A stretch of 64,000 nt of DNA, from contig CP051526.1 of the NCBI GenBank assembly GCA_050916045.1, positions 1,824,001-1,888,000 on the forward strand. Direction: 5' to 3'. Source of the DNA: Tepidisphaera sp. (GTDB lineage: Bacteria; Planctomycetota; Phycisphaerae; Phycisphaerales; UBA1924). Position numbers and translations under genes: made by a program. The notes beneath the pieces were generated by a model. That model was not told where the DNA came from. It did not search any database and saw only the letters and a program-made list of their open reading frames with translations. This document shows, piece after piece, positions 49,557-60,003 of this stretch. Every line of letters starts with the position of its first letter. Within the stretch, counting starts at the first letter, position 1.

Positions 49557-51086
49557 TCAGAGCCCCAGCTTCGCCGCGGCTTTCCACGCCCCCTCGCTCC
49601 ACGGGGCTTCCTCCATCAGTTCCAGCAGCTTGATCCGTGCCGCATCGTCCAACTCCGCAGGGAGGGTGGGGAGGGAGGCTTCGAGCGCTGTCCACTTCTT
49701 CGCCCCCGCCTCCGCCCGGGCCAGAGCCGCCGCCCGCCCCGGCTCATCCACCCACCGCAAAGCCTCCGCGTACGTCTCGCGCGGCGGGAACTCGTGCCCG
49801 AGCCCCGGGATGTTCCACACGCGGACCGTGAGCCCGTCCTTGCTCATGGCGTCCGTCGCGGCGAGGCCTTGGAAGTGGTTGAAGTCCTTCTCGCCCGTCG
49901 TCGAAGCGAGCCGGTGCTTGGTCAGGAGCTTCCAGCGAGCCGGGCTTGGCCGCTGGAAGTACGCCGGCCAGATCTTTCCCTCGGGGTTCTGCAGGTCGCG
50001 GTAATGGGCGACCCCCGCCATCGAGACAGCGCCCGTGAAGAGATCCGGGAAGCACCCCACGGCCAGGCTCGACATCCGCCCGCCGCCAGAGATCCCCGTC
50101 GCGTAGGTGCGGGCTTGATCGACATGCACCAGCCGCTGCGCCGTGGCGAGGGCGTCGAGGACGAGCTGCATGCGGTCGCCCGTCGGCGTGCTGTTCCCCT
50201 GGCTCGTGAACCCCGCGATGGCGATCCCAAGCTCATCGCAGGCGGCCTGAAGCAGGTCCGGCGGCTCGCCGACCGGGGATGGGTCGATGTACACGAGCAA
50301 GCCGACGGGCGTCCGGGGCGAGTAGCCCTTGGGCACGCGGAGGAACACCCGCGAGTCCCCGAGCTTCCGCGTCGCGGGCTTGACGATCACCCGCGTGCCC
50401 ATGAGGCCGCGATCCGAAAGCGTCCGCTCATCCATCCAGAACGCCCCCGGGGCCTGAAGGACCGCGGGGATCTCGACGGACTTCTGGGCCGCGAGGGGCG
50501 CGGGCGGACGGTCCCACGGCCCGATGTACGGGTTCCACGTCGCCGCGAGCGGGCCGAAGAGGTCGGGCTTGAGCTCGCGCGGCTTGTCCGGCGAGCCAAG
50601 GGCCGCCGAGGCGGATTCCGGATTCTCTCTCCACGCGAGGAACTCCGCGTGCGAGCCGCGGACGAGCCGGATGCGACCTTCGCCTTTGGCCCCGGCGACA
50701 ATGAGCGTCGCCCACGGTGCCGGGTCGAACGCATCTTCGGCCTTCCCCTGCTTGATTGCCGCAAAGCCCCCCGGCGAGCGGCGGAGGAGCGTGATCTGCT
50801 CCTTGGTGAGCTCAACGCCGCCGAGGAGGCGCTGGGCCATCGGCGGCCAGGGCTTCCCGCTTGGAGCGGCCGGCGGCAAGCCGCTTGGAGCCGCGGCCGG
50901 AGCCGCCGCGCCGGGCCCGGGCTTGGGCAGGCCGCCATCCTCGGCCGGCGGCTCAAAGAGCACAAAGGCCCGCGTGGGCGCCGCACGGTCGATGTCAAAG
51001 AGCGCCTGGCCGCTGGCACCGGGCGCGCCGCACCCCATCGCCGCCACCAGCACCGCCGCGACCGCCGCCCGACTGGGAATGGACAT
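49557..51086 (-). CDS. Secreted alpha/beta-hydrolase-fold protein (esterase/PHB depolymerase-like)
   Basis: Signal peptide; VPKGY..PVGLLVY, VDQARTYATGISGGG nucleophile elbow, GEKDFN, PGLGH. Confidence 0.75.
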   Translation of the reverse strand: MSIPSRAAVAAVLVAAMGCGAPGASGQALFDIDRAAPTRAFVLFEPPAEDGGLPKPGPGAAAPAAAPSGLPPAAPSGKPWPPMAQRLLGGVELTKEQITLLRRSPGGFAAIKQGKAEDAFDPAPWATLIVAGAKGEGRIRLVRGSHAEFLAWRENPESASAALGSPDKPRELKPDLFGPLAATWNPYIGPWDRPPAPLAAQKSVEIPAVLQAPGAFWMDERTLSDRGLMGTRVIVKPATRKLGDSRVFLRVPKGYSPRTPVGLLVYIDPSPVGEPPDLLQAACDELGIAIAGFTSQGNSTPTGDRMQLVLDALATAQRLVHVDQARTYATGISGGGRMSSLAVGCFPDLFTGAVSMAGVAHYRDLQNPEGKIWPAYFQRPSPARWKLLTKHRLASTTGEKDFNHFQGLAATDAMSKDGLTVRVWNIPGLGHEFPPRETYAEALRWVDEPGRAAALARAEAGAKKWTALEASLPTLPAELDDAARIKLLELMEEAPWSEGAWKAAAKLGL

Positions 51087-51165
51087 CTGGGCCTCCCTTG
51101 CGCGCCCGCACGATGCATGATTCTACGGCGGAACGCAAAACCACGTCACTTGTTTCCCGCTCCTT

Positions 51166-51486
51166 CTACCGAAGAGGCGAGCGGCGACGCAAAGTGCGAG
51201 AAACGGGCTTTCTCGCACGCTTCTTGGCGAGGACTTCGCCAAGGGGCTCGTCGGGGGCTTTCTTCCAGCCCGACTTACGCAGCTTCGCTGCTTTCGCGTT
51301 CTCGCCGGACTCCACGCTCGCACCGTCCAACCCTGAGTTGGCCGCTCGCCGATAGCGGCGGCTTTCGGTGGCTCGGCGACGCTTGATGTTCTTGCGAGAC
51401 GCGTGCGGAGATTCGCCGTAGGTGTTTCGGCGATCTCTCTCAAGGCTAAGCCGCTTCCTCTCCTGCAGCGATCTTTTGTTTTTCAT
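51166..51486 (-). CDS. Small highly basic hypothetical protein
   Basis: QERKRLSLERDRRNTYGE...SRKNI...WKKAPDEPLG; ATGA-coupled to the upstream gene. Confidence 0.7.
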   Translation of the reverse strand: MKNKRSLQERKRLSLERDRRNTYGESPHASRKNIKRRRATESRRYRRAANSGLDGASVESGENAKAAKLRKSGWKKAPDEPLGEVLAKKRARKPVSRTLRRRSPLR

Positions 51487-51764
51487 CGGGATGCTTCCTC
51501 GCCCGTCAAGATCATGTCGCCGCAGGCGAACCGCTGATGAACAACGCCCTCCACGACGATCGCGAGCTGGCCCCACCTTTCCTCGATGTGAATCACCGTG
51601 CATAACGCCTCTGCGCCATCCTTTCGTCGCACACGAACCTCGCAACCAGGTGTCAGCCCCATCGCCCGAATCTCCGTATTGTCCGCGAGAATCCGAGTCC
51701 CGACTGGCAGCGACGGATCGTTCGGGTCGGGTATCGAAAAGACATCGGTGATCCGCGTCCGCAT
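51483..51764 (-). CDS. Small hypothetical protein (93 aa, beta-rich)
   Basis: TAGAAT 6 nt before ATG; stop overlaps the next start. Confidence 0.6.
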   Translation of the reverse strand: MRTRITDVFSIPDPNDPSLPVGTRILADNTEIRAMGLTPGCEVRVRRKDGAEALCTVIHIEERWGQLAIVVEGVVHQRFACGDMILTGEEASR

Positions 51765-51828
51765 GGCACGATTCTATTGGAAGTCCGCCCGCGCGGCGCC
51801 CCGGGCTCAGCCCGGGTACCCTCGCTCC

Positions 51829-52389
51829 ATGACGCACCCGTGGCACGACGTGACCCCCGGCATCGAAGGCGATGAGCTTCCCCGTTCCTTCCGGGCCATC
51901 ATCGAGATCCCCAAGGGCTCGAACAACAAGTACGAGCTCGACAAGCCCACCGGCCTGCTCAAGCTCGACCGCGTGCTCTCCTCCGCCGTGTACTACCCGG
52001 CGAACTACGGGTTCATCCCGCAGACCCTCGCCGAGGATGACGACCCCCTCGACGTGCTCGTCTATTCCACCGAAGAGATCCCGCCGATGTGCCTGTGCGA
52101 AGCCCGGGCCGTCGGCCTGATGACCATGATCGACCACGGCGACCCCGATCACAAGATCATCGCCGTCCTCTCCTCGGACCCGATCTACTCCGAGTTCCTG
52201 AAGGCTTCCGACTTCCCCAAGCACATCTTCCGTATGCTCAAGCGGTTCTTCGAGGACTACAAGACGCTCGAAGGCAAGACGGTCGAGGTCGACGACATCA
52301 TGCCCACCGAAGCCGCTCACGCTGTCATCGAGCAGTGCCTCAACCGGTATGAGAAAAGCCGCCGGACCGGCGGCATGAAGGGGCTTTAG
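51829..52389 (+). CDS. ppa: Inorganic pyrophosphatase, family I
   Basis: IEIPKGSNNKYE, YPANYGFIPQTL, DDDPLDVL, FFEDYK. Confidence 0.95.
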   Translation: MTHPWHDVTPGIEGDELPRSFRAIIEIPKGSNNKYELDKPTGLLKLDRVLSSAVYYPANYGFIPQTLAEDDDPLDVLVYSTEEIPPMCLCEARAVGLMTMIDHGDPDHKIIAVLSSDPIYSEFLKASDFPKHIFRMLKRFFEDYKTLEGKTVEVDDIMPTEAAHAVIEQCLNRYEKSRRTGGMKGL

Positions 52390-52443
52390 TTCGGGGCTTG
52401 TCCCGTGGCGGCACCGCTCCCGCGAGCGGTGCGTGAACGAGAC

Positions 52444-53082
52444 TTACTTCTTCCCGCCGTCCGGGGCACTGTCGCTCGGCGGAGGCGTGCTCTTGTCGAG
52501 CACGATCGAAGCCGAGTTGATGCAGTACCGCAGGCCGGTCGGCTGATCGGGAGCGTCGTCGAAGACGTGCCCAAGGTGCCCGCCGCACTTGGCGCACGTC
52601 ACTTCGACGCGCCGCATGCCCAGGGTGTTGTCCGCGTGCTCGGCGATCTTCGCTCCCGCCGCTCCGCCGAGCTTGGCGTCCGCGGGCTGGAAGAAGCTCG
52701 GCCAGCCGCACCCGGAGTCGAACTTCGAATCCGAGAAGAAGAGCACCTCGCCGCAGCCGGCGCACTTGTACGACCCCTTCTCCTTGGTGTTCCAGTACTC
52801 GCCGGTGAACGCCCGCTCGGTCCCCTTCTCGCGGAGGACGTGGTACTGCATGGGGGACAGTCGCTTCCGCCACTCTTCTTCGGTCATGGTCTTGGGGTCC
52901 TTGCTTGTCGCCGCGGCGGTGGCCGTCGGCGTGGATTCTGAGACGGGCTGGCTGATCGCCGCCGCCGAGGGGCCCGTGTTCGGGACCGCCGCGGACTTTC
53001 CGGCGTCCGGCTTGGAGCATCCCGCGAGCAAAGCCAGGGAGATGGCCATACCAGTACGAATGAGGATCTGTCGGTTGTTCAT
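52444..53082 (-). CDS. msrB: Peptide methionine (R)-sulfoxide reductase with lipoprotein signal
   Basis: [34 protein letters not shown]-terminal LALLAGC. Confidence 0.93.
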   Translation of the reverse strand: MNNRQILIRTGMAISLALLAGCSKPDAGKSAAVPNTGPSAAAISQPVSESTPTATAAATSKDPKTMTEEEWRKRLSPMQYHVLREKGTERAFTGEYWNTKEKGSYKCAGCGEVLFFSDSKFDSGCGWPSFFQPADAKLGGAAGAKIAEHADNTLGMRRVEVTCAKCGGHLGHVFDDAPDQPTGLRYCINSASIVLDKSTPPPSDSAPDGGKK

Positions 53083-53201
53083 CACCACTTGGATGCTCCA
53101 AAGGAGGTTTGGTTGCAGAGGAAACCGTCCGTTTCGCCGGGCAATCCGCCGGGCAATGTGCCCGATCCGGACCGCGGGCAGCCCCGCTAGCATCCGATGG
53201 T

Positions 53202-54296
53202 ATGGGCACCCCCCGCGAACTCGGCGAGCGGATCGTGCGACGCTGCCGCGAGCTTGGGTTCGCCGCGTGCGGCATCGCGGATGCATCGCCAACCGCCCGA
53301 GGGGCCGAGCTTCAGGCTTGGCTTGCCGAAGGCAAGCACGGGGACATGGGGTTTCTCGAGAAGATGCTCGACAAGCTGCTCGATCCGGCGAAGGAGCTTC
53401 CCGGCGTTCGGTCGGTCATCATGGTCGCGGATGTCTACCGCTCGCGGAACGACAACGGCGACGAGCCGCCTTCCGACGGCCCGCTCGGCCGCATCGCCCG
53501 CTACGCCCAGGGCAAGGACTACCACGCGTACATCAAGAAGCGGCTCCACGTGCTCAACGATGAACTTCGCATTCTCTACCCGGGCAACAAGTTCCGCACC
53601 TTCACCGACACGGCGCCGGTGCTTGAACGCGAGTACGCCCACCGCGCGGGCCTGGGCTGGATCGGCAAGCACACCCTCGCGATCCATCCGGGCCTGGGCA
53701 GTTACTTCTTCCTCGGTGGCACCTACACGACCCTCCAACTCGACCCGTTGCCCGATCAATGGGTCCCGCGCGACCACTGCGGCACGTGCACCCGCTGCAT
53801 CGACGCCTGCCCGACCCAAGCCATCACGCCGTACTCCGTCGATGCCCGCCGCTGCATCTCGTACCTCACGATCGAGCGTCTGGGGCCGATCGACCCCTTG
53901 TTTCACGAAGCGGTGGGGGACTGGCTTTACGGCTGCGATGTCTGCCAGGAGGTCTGCCCGCACAATTCGCCCCGTCCGCGCGAGCCGCTGGCGTCACCGG
54001 GTGATCGATACACGCCTCTACGCAACGGCTTGTCGCCCCTCGAGATTCTGGAATGGGACGAGGAGGGGCGGCGAACGGCGTTTCATCAGTCGTCGATGAA
54101 GCGGGCTTCCCTCTCGATGATGAAGCGCAACGCGATCATCGTGCTCGCCAACCTCGCAATGCGTGACCCGGGCGCGACGTGGGTCCCGGCCGCGAAAGCA
54201 CGCATCGCCGAGCTGGCGTTGGGTTCTGAAGAACCGATGATCGCGGAAACCGCCCGGGTCAGTCTCGATCGTTTGGCTCGGCAAGGGTCCGGCTGA
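53202..54296 (+). CDS. queG: tRNA epoxyqueuosine(34) reductase
   Basis: [58 protein letters not shown]. Confidence 0.95.
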   Translation: MGTPRELGERIVRRCRELGFAACGIADASPTARGAELQAWLAEGKHGDMGFLEKMLDKLLDPAKELPGVRSVIMVADVYRSRNDNGDEPPSDGPLGRIARYAQGKDYHAYIKKRLHVLNDELRILYPGNKFRTFTDTAPVLEREYAHRAGLGWIGKHTLAIHPGLGSYFFLGGTYTTLQLDPLPDQWVPRDHCGTCTRCIDACPTQAITPYSVDARRCISYLTIERLGPIDPLFHEAVGDWLYGCDVCQEVCPHNSPRPREPLASPGDRYTPLRNGLSPLEILEWDEEGRRTAFHQSSMKRASLSMMKRNAIIVLANLAMRDPGATWVPAAKARIAELALGSEEPMIAETARVSLDRLARQGSG

Positions 54297-55482
54297 GTTT
54301 GACGGGCCTCTCGGTCGCCGCCCGCCGCGAGATCACCGCCGCGACCAGCACTACGCCCAGCGACGGTCCCACCCACCACATGACGCCGTTGATGAACGCC
54401 AGGTACGACGCGGGCATCGCGACCAGCGAACCGACGATCCACGCCCGGAGCATCGGCGGGGTCGGCGCGGCCGGCTTGCTCCACGTCGGCACCATCGCGA
54501 TCAGCACGTACGCCGGGAAGACCAGCCCGTAGAACCCCATCCAGAGGCGGTATCCCCATTCAAAAGCCTGAGCGCCCCCGCCGAGCACCCCGCGGAACTC
54601 CATCACCGCGCCAAGCGACCCGATCCCGAGCACGATCGAGATCAGGGGCAGGTGGCGGACCATCCGCTCCCAGAAGGGGAGGTCTTCGCCGAACTTCCGC
54701 GTCGCCAGGATCTCGGCCGAATGGGCTTCGACCGTGAACCCGATCTGGAACGCGATGTGCATCGCGATCAGGATCGCGGTGAGGCCCTCGATGTGCCAAG
54801 GGACGCCCGCGTACGCCGCGGTGCCGGCGATCATCAGCAGAAAGAGTGCGCCGAACCCGATCGCAAACGCCGCCCGCGGCCGAGCCGCTTCGGCACGGGC
54901 CCGGTGGAACGTCAGATCAAGGTACGGGCAAAGCAGGAACCCGAAGACGCAGACCGCGAGTAGCCCGCCCAGCGAAAGCGCCCCGTCCTTGGTGTGAGGG
55001 CCTTCCACCGCCGCCGGAAGCGACCCCAGCCGCAGCGCCGCGATGAAAATCGCCGCCGAAACCACCCACACCAAAAGCCCCGACCACGGCGTTGTCCGCC
55101 GACGCAGATCCCCCGCCGCGAGCGCGATCCCGATCGCCAGAGCACCCGCCACCGCCGGGGCCGTCTTCTCTTCCAGAGCACGCGAGAGCATGCCCATCGC
55201 GAAGTACCACTGGAACGCCCTCGTCACCACCGAGAAAAGCAGCATCGCCGGCCGGTGCGCCCGAACCAGCTCACGCGAATGCTCCGGGCTCTTCACCATC
55301 CACCCCATCGCCGCCGCGCCGATCACGTTCGGAGCCGCGAAGATCACCCACGCCAGCCACCCGTGATCGCGGACCAGAAGCACCGGCAGAAACATCCCGA
55401 TGCACCATGTCCACGACGAAGCCAGATACCCCGCCCACGCGGAGGTGTTCCCGACGACACTCAAGCGGCTCGTGCGTTCCAA
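54259..55482 (-). CDS. Polytopic membrane protein of unknown function (possible transporter)
   Basis: About 11-12 hydrophobic helices; YLASSWTWCIGMFLP, PNVIGAAAMG, CPYLDLTFH; TTG start 55482 preceded by TACCCT. Confidence 0.75.
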   Translation of the reverse strand: MERTSRLSVVGNTSAWAGYLASSWTWCIGMFLPVLLVRDHGWLAWVIFAAPNVIGAAAMGWMVKSPEHSRELVRAHRPAMLLFSVVTRAFQWYFAMGMLSRALEEKTAPAVAGALAIGIALAAGDLRRRTTPWSGLLVWVVSAAIFIAALRLGSLPAAVEGPHTKDGALSLGGLLAVCVFGFLLCPYLDLTFHRARAEAARPRAAFAIGFGALFLLMIAGTAAYAGVPWHIEGLTAILIAMHIAFQIGFTVEAHSAEILATRKFGEDLPFWERMVRHLPLISIVLGIGSLGAVMEFRGVLGGGAQAFEWGYRLWMGFYGLVFPAYVLIAMVPTWSKPAAPTPPMLRAWIVGSLVAMPASYLAFINGVMWWVGPSLGVVLVAAVISRRAATERPVKLSRTLAEPNDRD

Positions 55483-55598
55483 TCGGGGCAGGGTACACCC
55501 CCCGTGACGCCCGCGTCCCGCCCCGGAACTTTCCCGGTACACTCCCGTGAACCTTCGGCACCCGGGACGCGATGAACCGGGACTTCCAGGAGTATCTC

Positions 55599-56213
55599 AT
55601 GCACGTTCTGCCCCGTTTCGCCCGCGTCCTTCTTCTCGCCGCCGCGTCCTCTGCCGCGATCCTTGCCGGCTGCGCCTCGTCGTCGTCGCCGTCCGCCGCT
55701 TCGGCCGGCACGCCGGCCAACGTCGACCTTCGTGTCGTGATCGCGGAGGGCACGGTGAACGGCTTTGACTTTGGCTCGGGCACCGCTCCGATCAACTTCT
55801 CCGTGGCGCCCGACCCCGCCAGGAACTACCTCTGCGGGGTCATTTCCGAAGCCGACGCCGCCGCCGCCCGCGCCACGCTCGCCAGGGACGGCGTCACGGT
55901 TCTGTCCGCTCCCCGCATCATCGCCGCTTCAGGCAAGCCCGCGAGCATCCAGGTCGGCGACGACCTCGTCGGGACCATGAAGCTCGACGTGACCGCGACC
56001 GCCGCCGACGACGGCACCCTCCGCGTAAAGGTCAGCTACTCAAGCGGCACCACCGGCCCCGGCTTCCCGGAAACGACCTTCGCCCTCAAACTCGGCCAGT
56101 CCATCGTCGCCGTCGCTCGGGATGCAACGCCGGGAGAGAAAGCCGCGACGAGCCAGACCCTCCTCATCACCCCCGCGATCGCTCCTCCCGCAAAGGTCGC
56201 CGCCGCCCGATAA
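55599..56213 (+). CDS. Putative lipoprotein with a minimal secretin-like domain
   Basis: AILAGC lipobox; VLSAPRIIAASGKPASIQVG...LDVTAT..DGTLRV...LKLGQSIV...LLITPAI. Alternative start 55572. Confidence 0.7.
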   Translation: MHVLPRFARVLLLAAASSAAILAGCASSSSPSAASAGTPANVDLRVVIAEGTVNGFDFGSGTAPINFSVAPDPARNYLCGVISEADAAAARATLARDGVTVLSAPRIIAASGKPASIQVGDDLVGTMKLDVTATAADDGTLRVKVSYSSGTTGPGFPETTFALKLGQSIVAVARDATPGEKAATSQTLLITPAIAPPAKVAAAR

Positions 56214-56227
56214 ACCCCCGGCCGCTT

Positions 56228-56578
56228 TCAGGGTCCATCGTCCGGAACCCCGCAGTACATGCACCACCCGCGCGTGCCCGACATCGCACGCCCGCACTTC
56301 AGGCACGTCTTCGTGGTGCTCGACATCTTCCCGTCGAGCTTCCCGTCCTGAAGGTCAAGCTCCCTCACCCGCTTCTCGATCGCCGCCGAAGTCACCCCCG
56401 CGTGCTCCTGAAGCAGCGACCCCAGAGCGGCGCAGATCAGCTCAAGCCGATCGATCCGCACCCTGAGCTCCTCCGCGACCCGCGTCCCATCCCGCGCCGC
56501 TTGCCGCGCCCGACTCGTGTCGTCATCCAGTTCCCGAAGCCGATTCTGTTGATGCAGGTCCCACAGAAATCCGAACAT
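56228..56578 (-). CDS. Small coiled-coil + zinc-ribbon hypothetical protein
   Basis: GGAGG SD; WDLHQQ, ELDLQDGKLDGK, CLKCG...CMYCG. Confidence 0.75.
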   Translation of the reverse strand: MFGFLWDLHQQNRLRELDDDTSRARQAARDGTRVAEELRVRIDRLELICAALGSLLQEHAGVTSAAIEKRVRELDLQDGKLDGKMSSTTKTCLKCGRAMSGTRGWCMYCGVPDDGP

Positions 56579-56662
56579 CGCCGACCTCCCCTTCTTTTTC
56601 AGCCCACTCGACCCGCAAAACGATATCGCAAGCCAGCTTTCCGAGCCGACGTACCCTCCCGC

Positions 56663-57913
56663 ATGCCCGAAGCCGTCACCTTCGACCAGATCGTCGCCGC
56701 CCGCGCCCGCATCCAATCCGGCGTCATCCACACGCCCTGCTCCCACTCCCTCGCCCTTTCCGACGTCTGCGGCTGCACGATCTACGCCAAATCCGAGTAC
56801 CTCCAGGCCACCGGCTCGTTCAAGGAACGCGGCGCCCGCAACACGCTCCTTCAACTCACCCCCGAGCAGCGCAAGCTCGGCGTCATCGCCGCTTCCGCCG
56901 GCAACCACGCTCTCGCCCTCGCCCACCACGGCAAGCTCCTGGGCATCCCCGTCACCGTCGTGATGCCCTACTACGCACCCATCATCAAGCAGTCGCGTTG
57001 CCGCGGCATGGGCGCGACCGTCATTCTCGAAGGCGAGACCCTTGCGGACTCCCGCGTCCGGGCCGATGCGCTCGCCGCCGAGAAAGGCTTCACCTATATC
57101 AACGGGTTCGACGATCCGCGCGTGATCGCCGGTACCGGGACCATCGGCCTTGAAGTTCTCGAGCAAGCCCCCGACCTCGACGCGATCGTCGTGCCCATCG
57201 GCGGCGGAGGGCTGATCGCGGGCGTCTCGCTCGCCATCAAGACCGCCGCTCCGCAGATCAAGATCATCGGCGTCCAGCCCGAACGCTGCCCCAGCTTCTC
57301 CGCGGCTCTCGAAGCCGGAAAGCCCGTGCGTGTGCCCACGTCGCCGACCCTCGCCGACGGCTTGGCGGTTCCGATGGTCGGCCCCAACTCCTTCGAGATC
57401 GCCCGCTCACGCGTCGACGAGGTGATCTCCGTCGGCGAGGAAGAGCTCGCCCTCGCCATCCTCCGCATCGCCGAGTGCGAGAAGGGTGTCGTCGAGGGCG
57501 CGGGCGCCGCCGCTCTCGCCGCGTTCATCTCCGGCCGACTGCGCCATCTTCACGACAAACGTGTCGCGCTGCTCTTCTGCGGCGGCAACATCGATCCCAC
57601 GGTCCTCGGACGCGTCATCGAGCGCGGTCTCGTCGCCGACGGCCGCGTGACGCAGTTCACCGCCGTCATCCCCGACCGCCCGGGCGGCCTCGCTCGCTTC
57701 ACCGCCGCGATCGCCGAAGCCGGCGCCAGCGTCAAGGAGATCGACCACGAGCGGGCGTTCTCCTCCGCCGACATCTCGACTGTGCAGGTCCTCTGCACCG
57801 TCGAGACCCGCGACGCTCAGCACGTCGAGGAACTCCACGAACTGCTGCGTCAGCGCGGCATACGCGTCACCGCCCGCACCCAGCCCGCCGCTTGTATGGT
57901 CCCGGCGATCTAG
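56663..57913 (+). CDS. ilvA: Threonine ammonia-lyase with C-terminal ACT domain
   Basis: [42 protein letters not shown]. Confidence 0.92.
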   Translation: MPEAVTFDQIVAARARIQSGVIHTPCSHSLALSDVCGCTIYAKSEYLQATGSFKERGARNTLLQLTPEQRKLGVIAASAGNHALALAHHGKLLGIPVTVVMPYYAPIIKQSRCRGMGATVILEGETLADSRVRADALAAEKGFTYINGFDDPRVIAGTGTIGLEVLEQAPDLDAIVVPIGGGGLIAGVSLAIKTAAPQIKIIGVQPERCPSFSAALEAGKPVRVPTSPTLADGLAVPMVGPNSFEIARSRVDEVISVGEEELALAILRIAECEKGVVEGAGAAALAAFISGRLRHLHDKRVALLFCGGNIDPTVLGRVIERGLVADGRVTQFTAVIPDRPGGLARFTAAIAEAGASVKEIDHERAFSSADISTVQVLCTVETRDAQHVEELHELLRQRGIRVTARTQPAACMVPAI

Positions 57914-59856
57914 CCGTTCACCGGACTTGCAACTGGTGCCTTCGCGGGCCTGTCCGCCATCCGACGCACGAGCGCGACCAGCTCCGGCACCTTCAGCGGC
58001 TTGCTCGCAAGGTCATCGCACCCCGCCGCGATCGCCAGAGCCCGGTCTTCCTCGCTCGTGTTCGCCGTCAAAGCCACGATCGGCCCGACGTACCCGCTCG
58101 CCCGGAGCTTTCGCGTCGTCTCGTACCCGTCCATCACCGGCATCTGGATGTCCATCAGCACGACATCGTTCCCGCCGGACATTGTGTGCTCGTACGCGCT
58201 CCCGCCGTTCCCGACCACATCGACGATCGCGCCGGCTTTGGTCAGGTGGTAGCGGATGAGGTGCTGGTTGTCCACGCTGTCCTCGGCCAGCATCACCTTC
58301 ACGCCCGCGAGAGAACACGCACCGCTCGCGGCTTTCGCTGCTTGCGGCAGCGCCACTGGCTCGGCGGGAACCTCCATCGTGAACGTCGTGCCGACGCCGG
58401 GCGTCGACCTTGCCGTCAGCGTGCCGCCCATAGCCTCGGCCAGACGCTTGGAAATCGCAAGCCCCAGACCCGTTCCCCCGAACCTCCGCGTCGTCGAAAC
58501 GTCCGCCTGCGAAAATGCCGTGAAAAGCCCCGCCATCTGCTCGGGCGTTATGCCCACGCCGGTGTCCTCGACTTCGACCTTCAGACGCCCCGCCGCGTAC
58601 GACGACCGCACCGTCACCGAGCCGCGCTCCGTGAACTTCACCGCGTTCCCGATCAGGTTCACAAGCACCTGCGACAGACGGGTCGGATCCCCGAGCACGC
58701 CCGCGGGCACCTCCGCGGCGACCAGATGGCTGAGCGTGATTCCCTTCGCGTGCGCCTTGGCTTCGAGCATCCTCGTCGCGTCCTCCGCGATGGTGCGAGG
58801 AGAGAGCGGAACGCGTTCGATGGTCATCCGCCCCGCTTCGATCTTGGAGAAGTCGAGGATGTCGTTGATGACCGAGAGAAGGTGCTGCCCCGCGCGGCTG
58901 ATGGTCGCGAGGCAAGCCCTGCGCTCTGCCTCGGTCTGCCCCTCTTCCGCCAGAAGGTCGATGTATCCGAGGATGGATGTCATCGGGGTGCGGATCTCGT
59001 GGCTGATGTTCGCCACGAACGCAGCTTTGGCTCGTTCGCCGGCCTTCGCGGCGTGCAGAGCCCGCTCGAGATCCTGGTTCATCGCTGAGATCCGCTTCGC
59101 GGCGGCCCGCGCTTCGGCCTCGGCCAGCTCCAGCGCCTTCACGCTGCGAAGACGTTCGAAGGTCATCCTCCAGATCAGCAGGCCCGCGAGAAGCGAGATG
59201 AGCCCGGCCGGGATTCCGGCGAGGACCGCCGTCCGGCTCATTTTCGCGATCTGGGCTTCAAACTCCTCCGCGGTGACATCGACGCCGACAAAGCACGCGA
59301 TCGTCCCGTCATCCCGCCGCACGGGCGCGAATCCCGAAACGAACACGCCCCACTGGTCGCGGTGCGGTTCCTCGCTGACAGCCGGTTCACCGGTCTTGAA
59401 CGCCTTGATCATCGCTTCGTCGACATCCTCGTATACCTCGCCGAGTTTGGCCTGATCATCCACCCCGTCCCCGTCGTTGTCCCCTGCGGGCGTGCAGTCC
59501 ACCACGAACCGAACTTCCTCATTCGTGATCCTGAACGTGTAGATGAACTGCACCCCCGGAGTCGCGTTCAGGATCCGTCGCAGCGGGCTCGCGACCCGCT
59601 CAAACTCCGCCGACTCTTGTTGGGATGGATCAGTCAGCCCATCGTGCAACCGCGTGTCGACCTGCGAAGCGGCCGCGTCCGCGATCGCGATGATTCGATC
59701 GTTCACCTGCGACCGGTACGCTTGCATCGAAAGCCGGTGCACCATCGCGATCGAGGCCCACGCGACGAGCATCAGCGTGACCGCGAACGCCGTCGCGTTC
59801 CGAGCCGCCCGAAGCCCAAGCCTGCTCAACATGCGGTCCTGACTCTGCCCGGGCAT
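57910..59856 (-). CDS. Hybrid sensor histidine kinase / response regulator with extracytoplasmic Cache-like sensor
   Basis: [46 protein letters not shown]; two TMs around a DQWG-containing domain. Confidence 0.94.
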   Translation of the reverse strand: MPGQSQDRMLSRLGLRAARNATAFAVTLMLVAWASIAMVHRLSMQAYRSQVNDRIIAIADAAASQVDTRLHDGLTDPSQQESAEFERVASPLRRILNATPGVQFIYTFRITNEEVRFVVDCTPAGDNDGDGVDDQAKLGEVYEDVDEAMIKAFKTGEPAVSEEPHRDQWGVFVSGFAPVRRDDGTIACFVGVDVTAEEFEAQIAKMSRTAVLAGIPAGLISLLAGLLIWRMTFERLRSVKALELAEAEARAAAKRISAMNQDLERALHAAKAGERAKAAFVANISHEIRTPMTSILGYIDLLAEEGQTEAERRACLATISRAGQHLLSVINDILDFSKIEAGRMTIERVPLSPRTIAEDATRMLEAKAHAKGITLSHLVAAEVPAGVLGDPTRLSQVLVNLIGNAVKFTERGSVTVRSSYAAGRLKVEVEDTGVGITPEQMAGLFTAFSQADVSTTRRFGGTGLGLAISKRLAEAMGGTLTARSTPGVGTTFTMEVPAEPVALPQAAKAASGACSLAGVKVMLAEDSVDNQHLIRYHLTKAGAIVDVVGNGGSAYEHTMSGGNDVVLMDIQMPVMDGYETTRKLRASGYVGPIVALTANTSEEDRALAIAAGCDDLASKPLKVPELVALVRRMADRPAKAPVASPVNG

Positions 59857-59938
59857 CCGAAGTCCTCCAGGATCAAGGACTATCGGTCTAATTTGGACGC
59901 CAAATCAGGACCGCCCACCGATCAAGCCCGCGAAAGAG

Positions 59939-59968
59939 AAACGCCGCCCGGGGGTCCGGGCGGCGTTT
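59939..59968 (-). terminator. Intrinsic terminator after ftsH
   Basis: AAACGCCGCCCGG-GGGT-CCGGGCGGCGTTT; continues TTTCTCTTT on the minus strand. Confidence 0.8.
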
Positions 59969-60003
59969 GTAATGGATCTCGATCTTTCGAAGGTCCGAGC
60001 CGG

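Noticed and set aside
42314..51386. Very long alternative-frame ORFs (42314-45427, 45544-48252, 48600-51386; likewise 25960-28593, 9867-12260, 59362-61629)
   Set aside because: Stop-poor antisense frames expected in high-GC DNA; they overlap well-supported genes and have no motifs.
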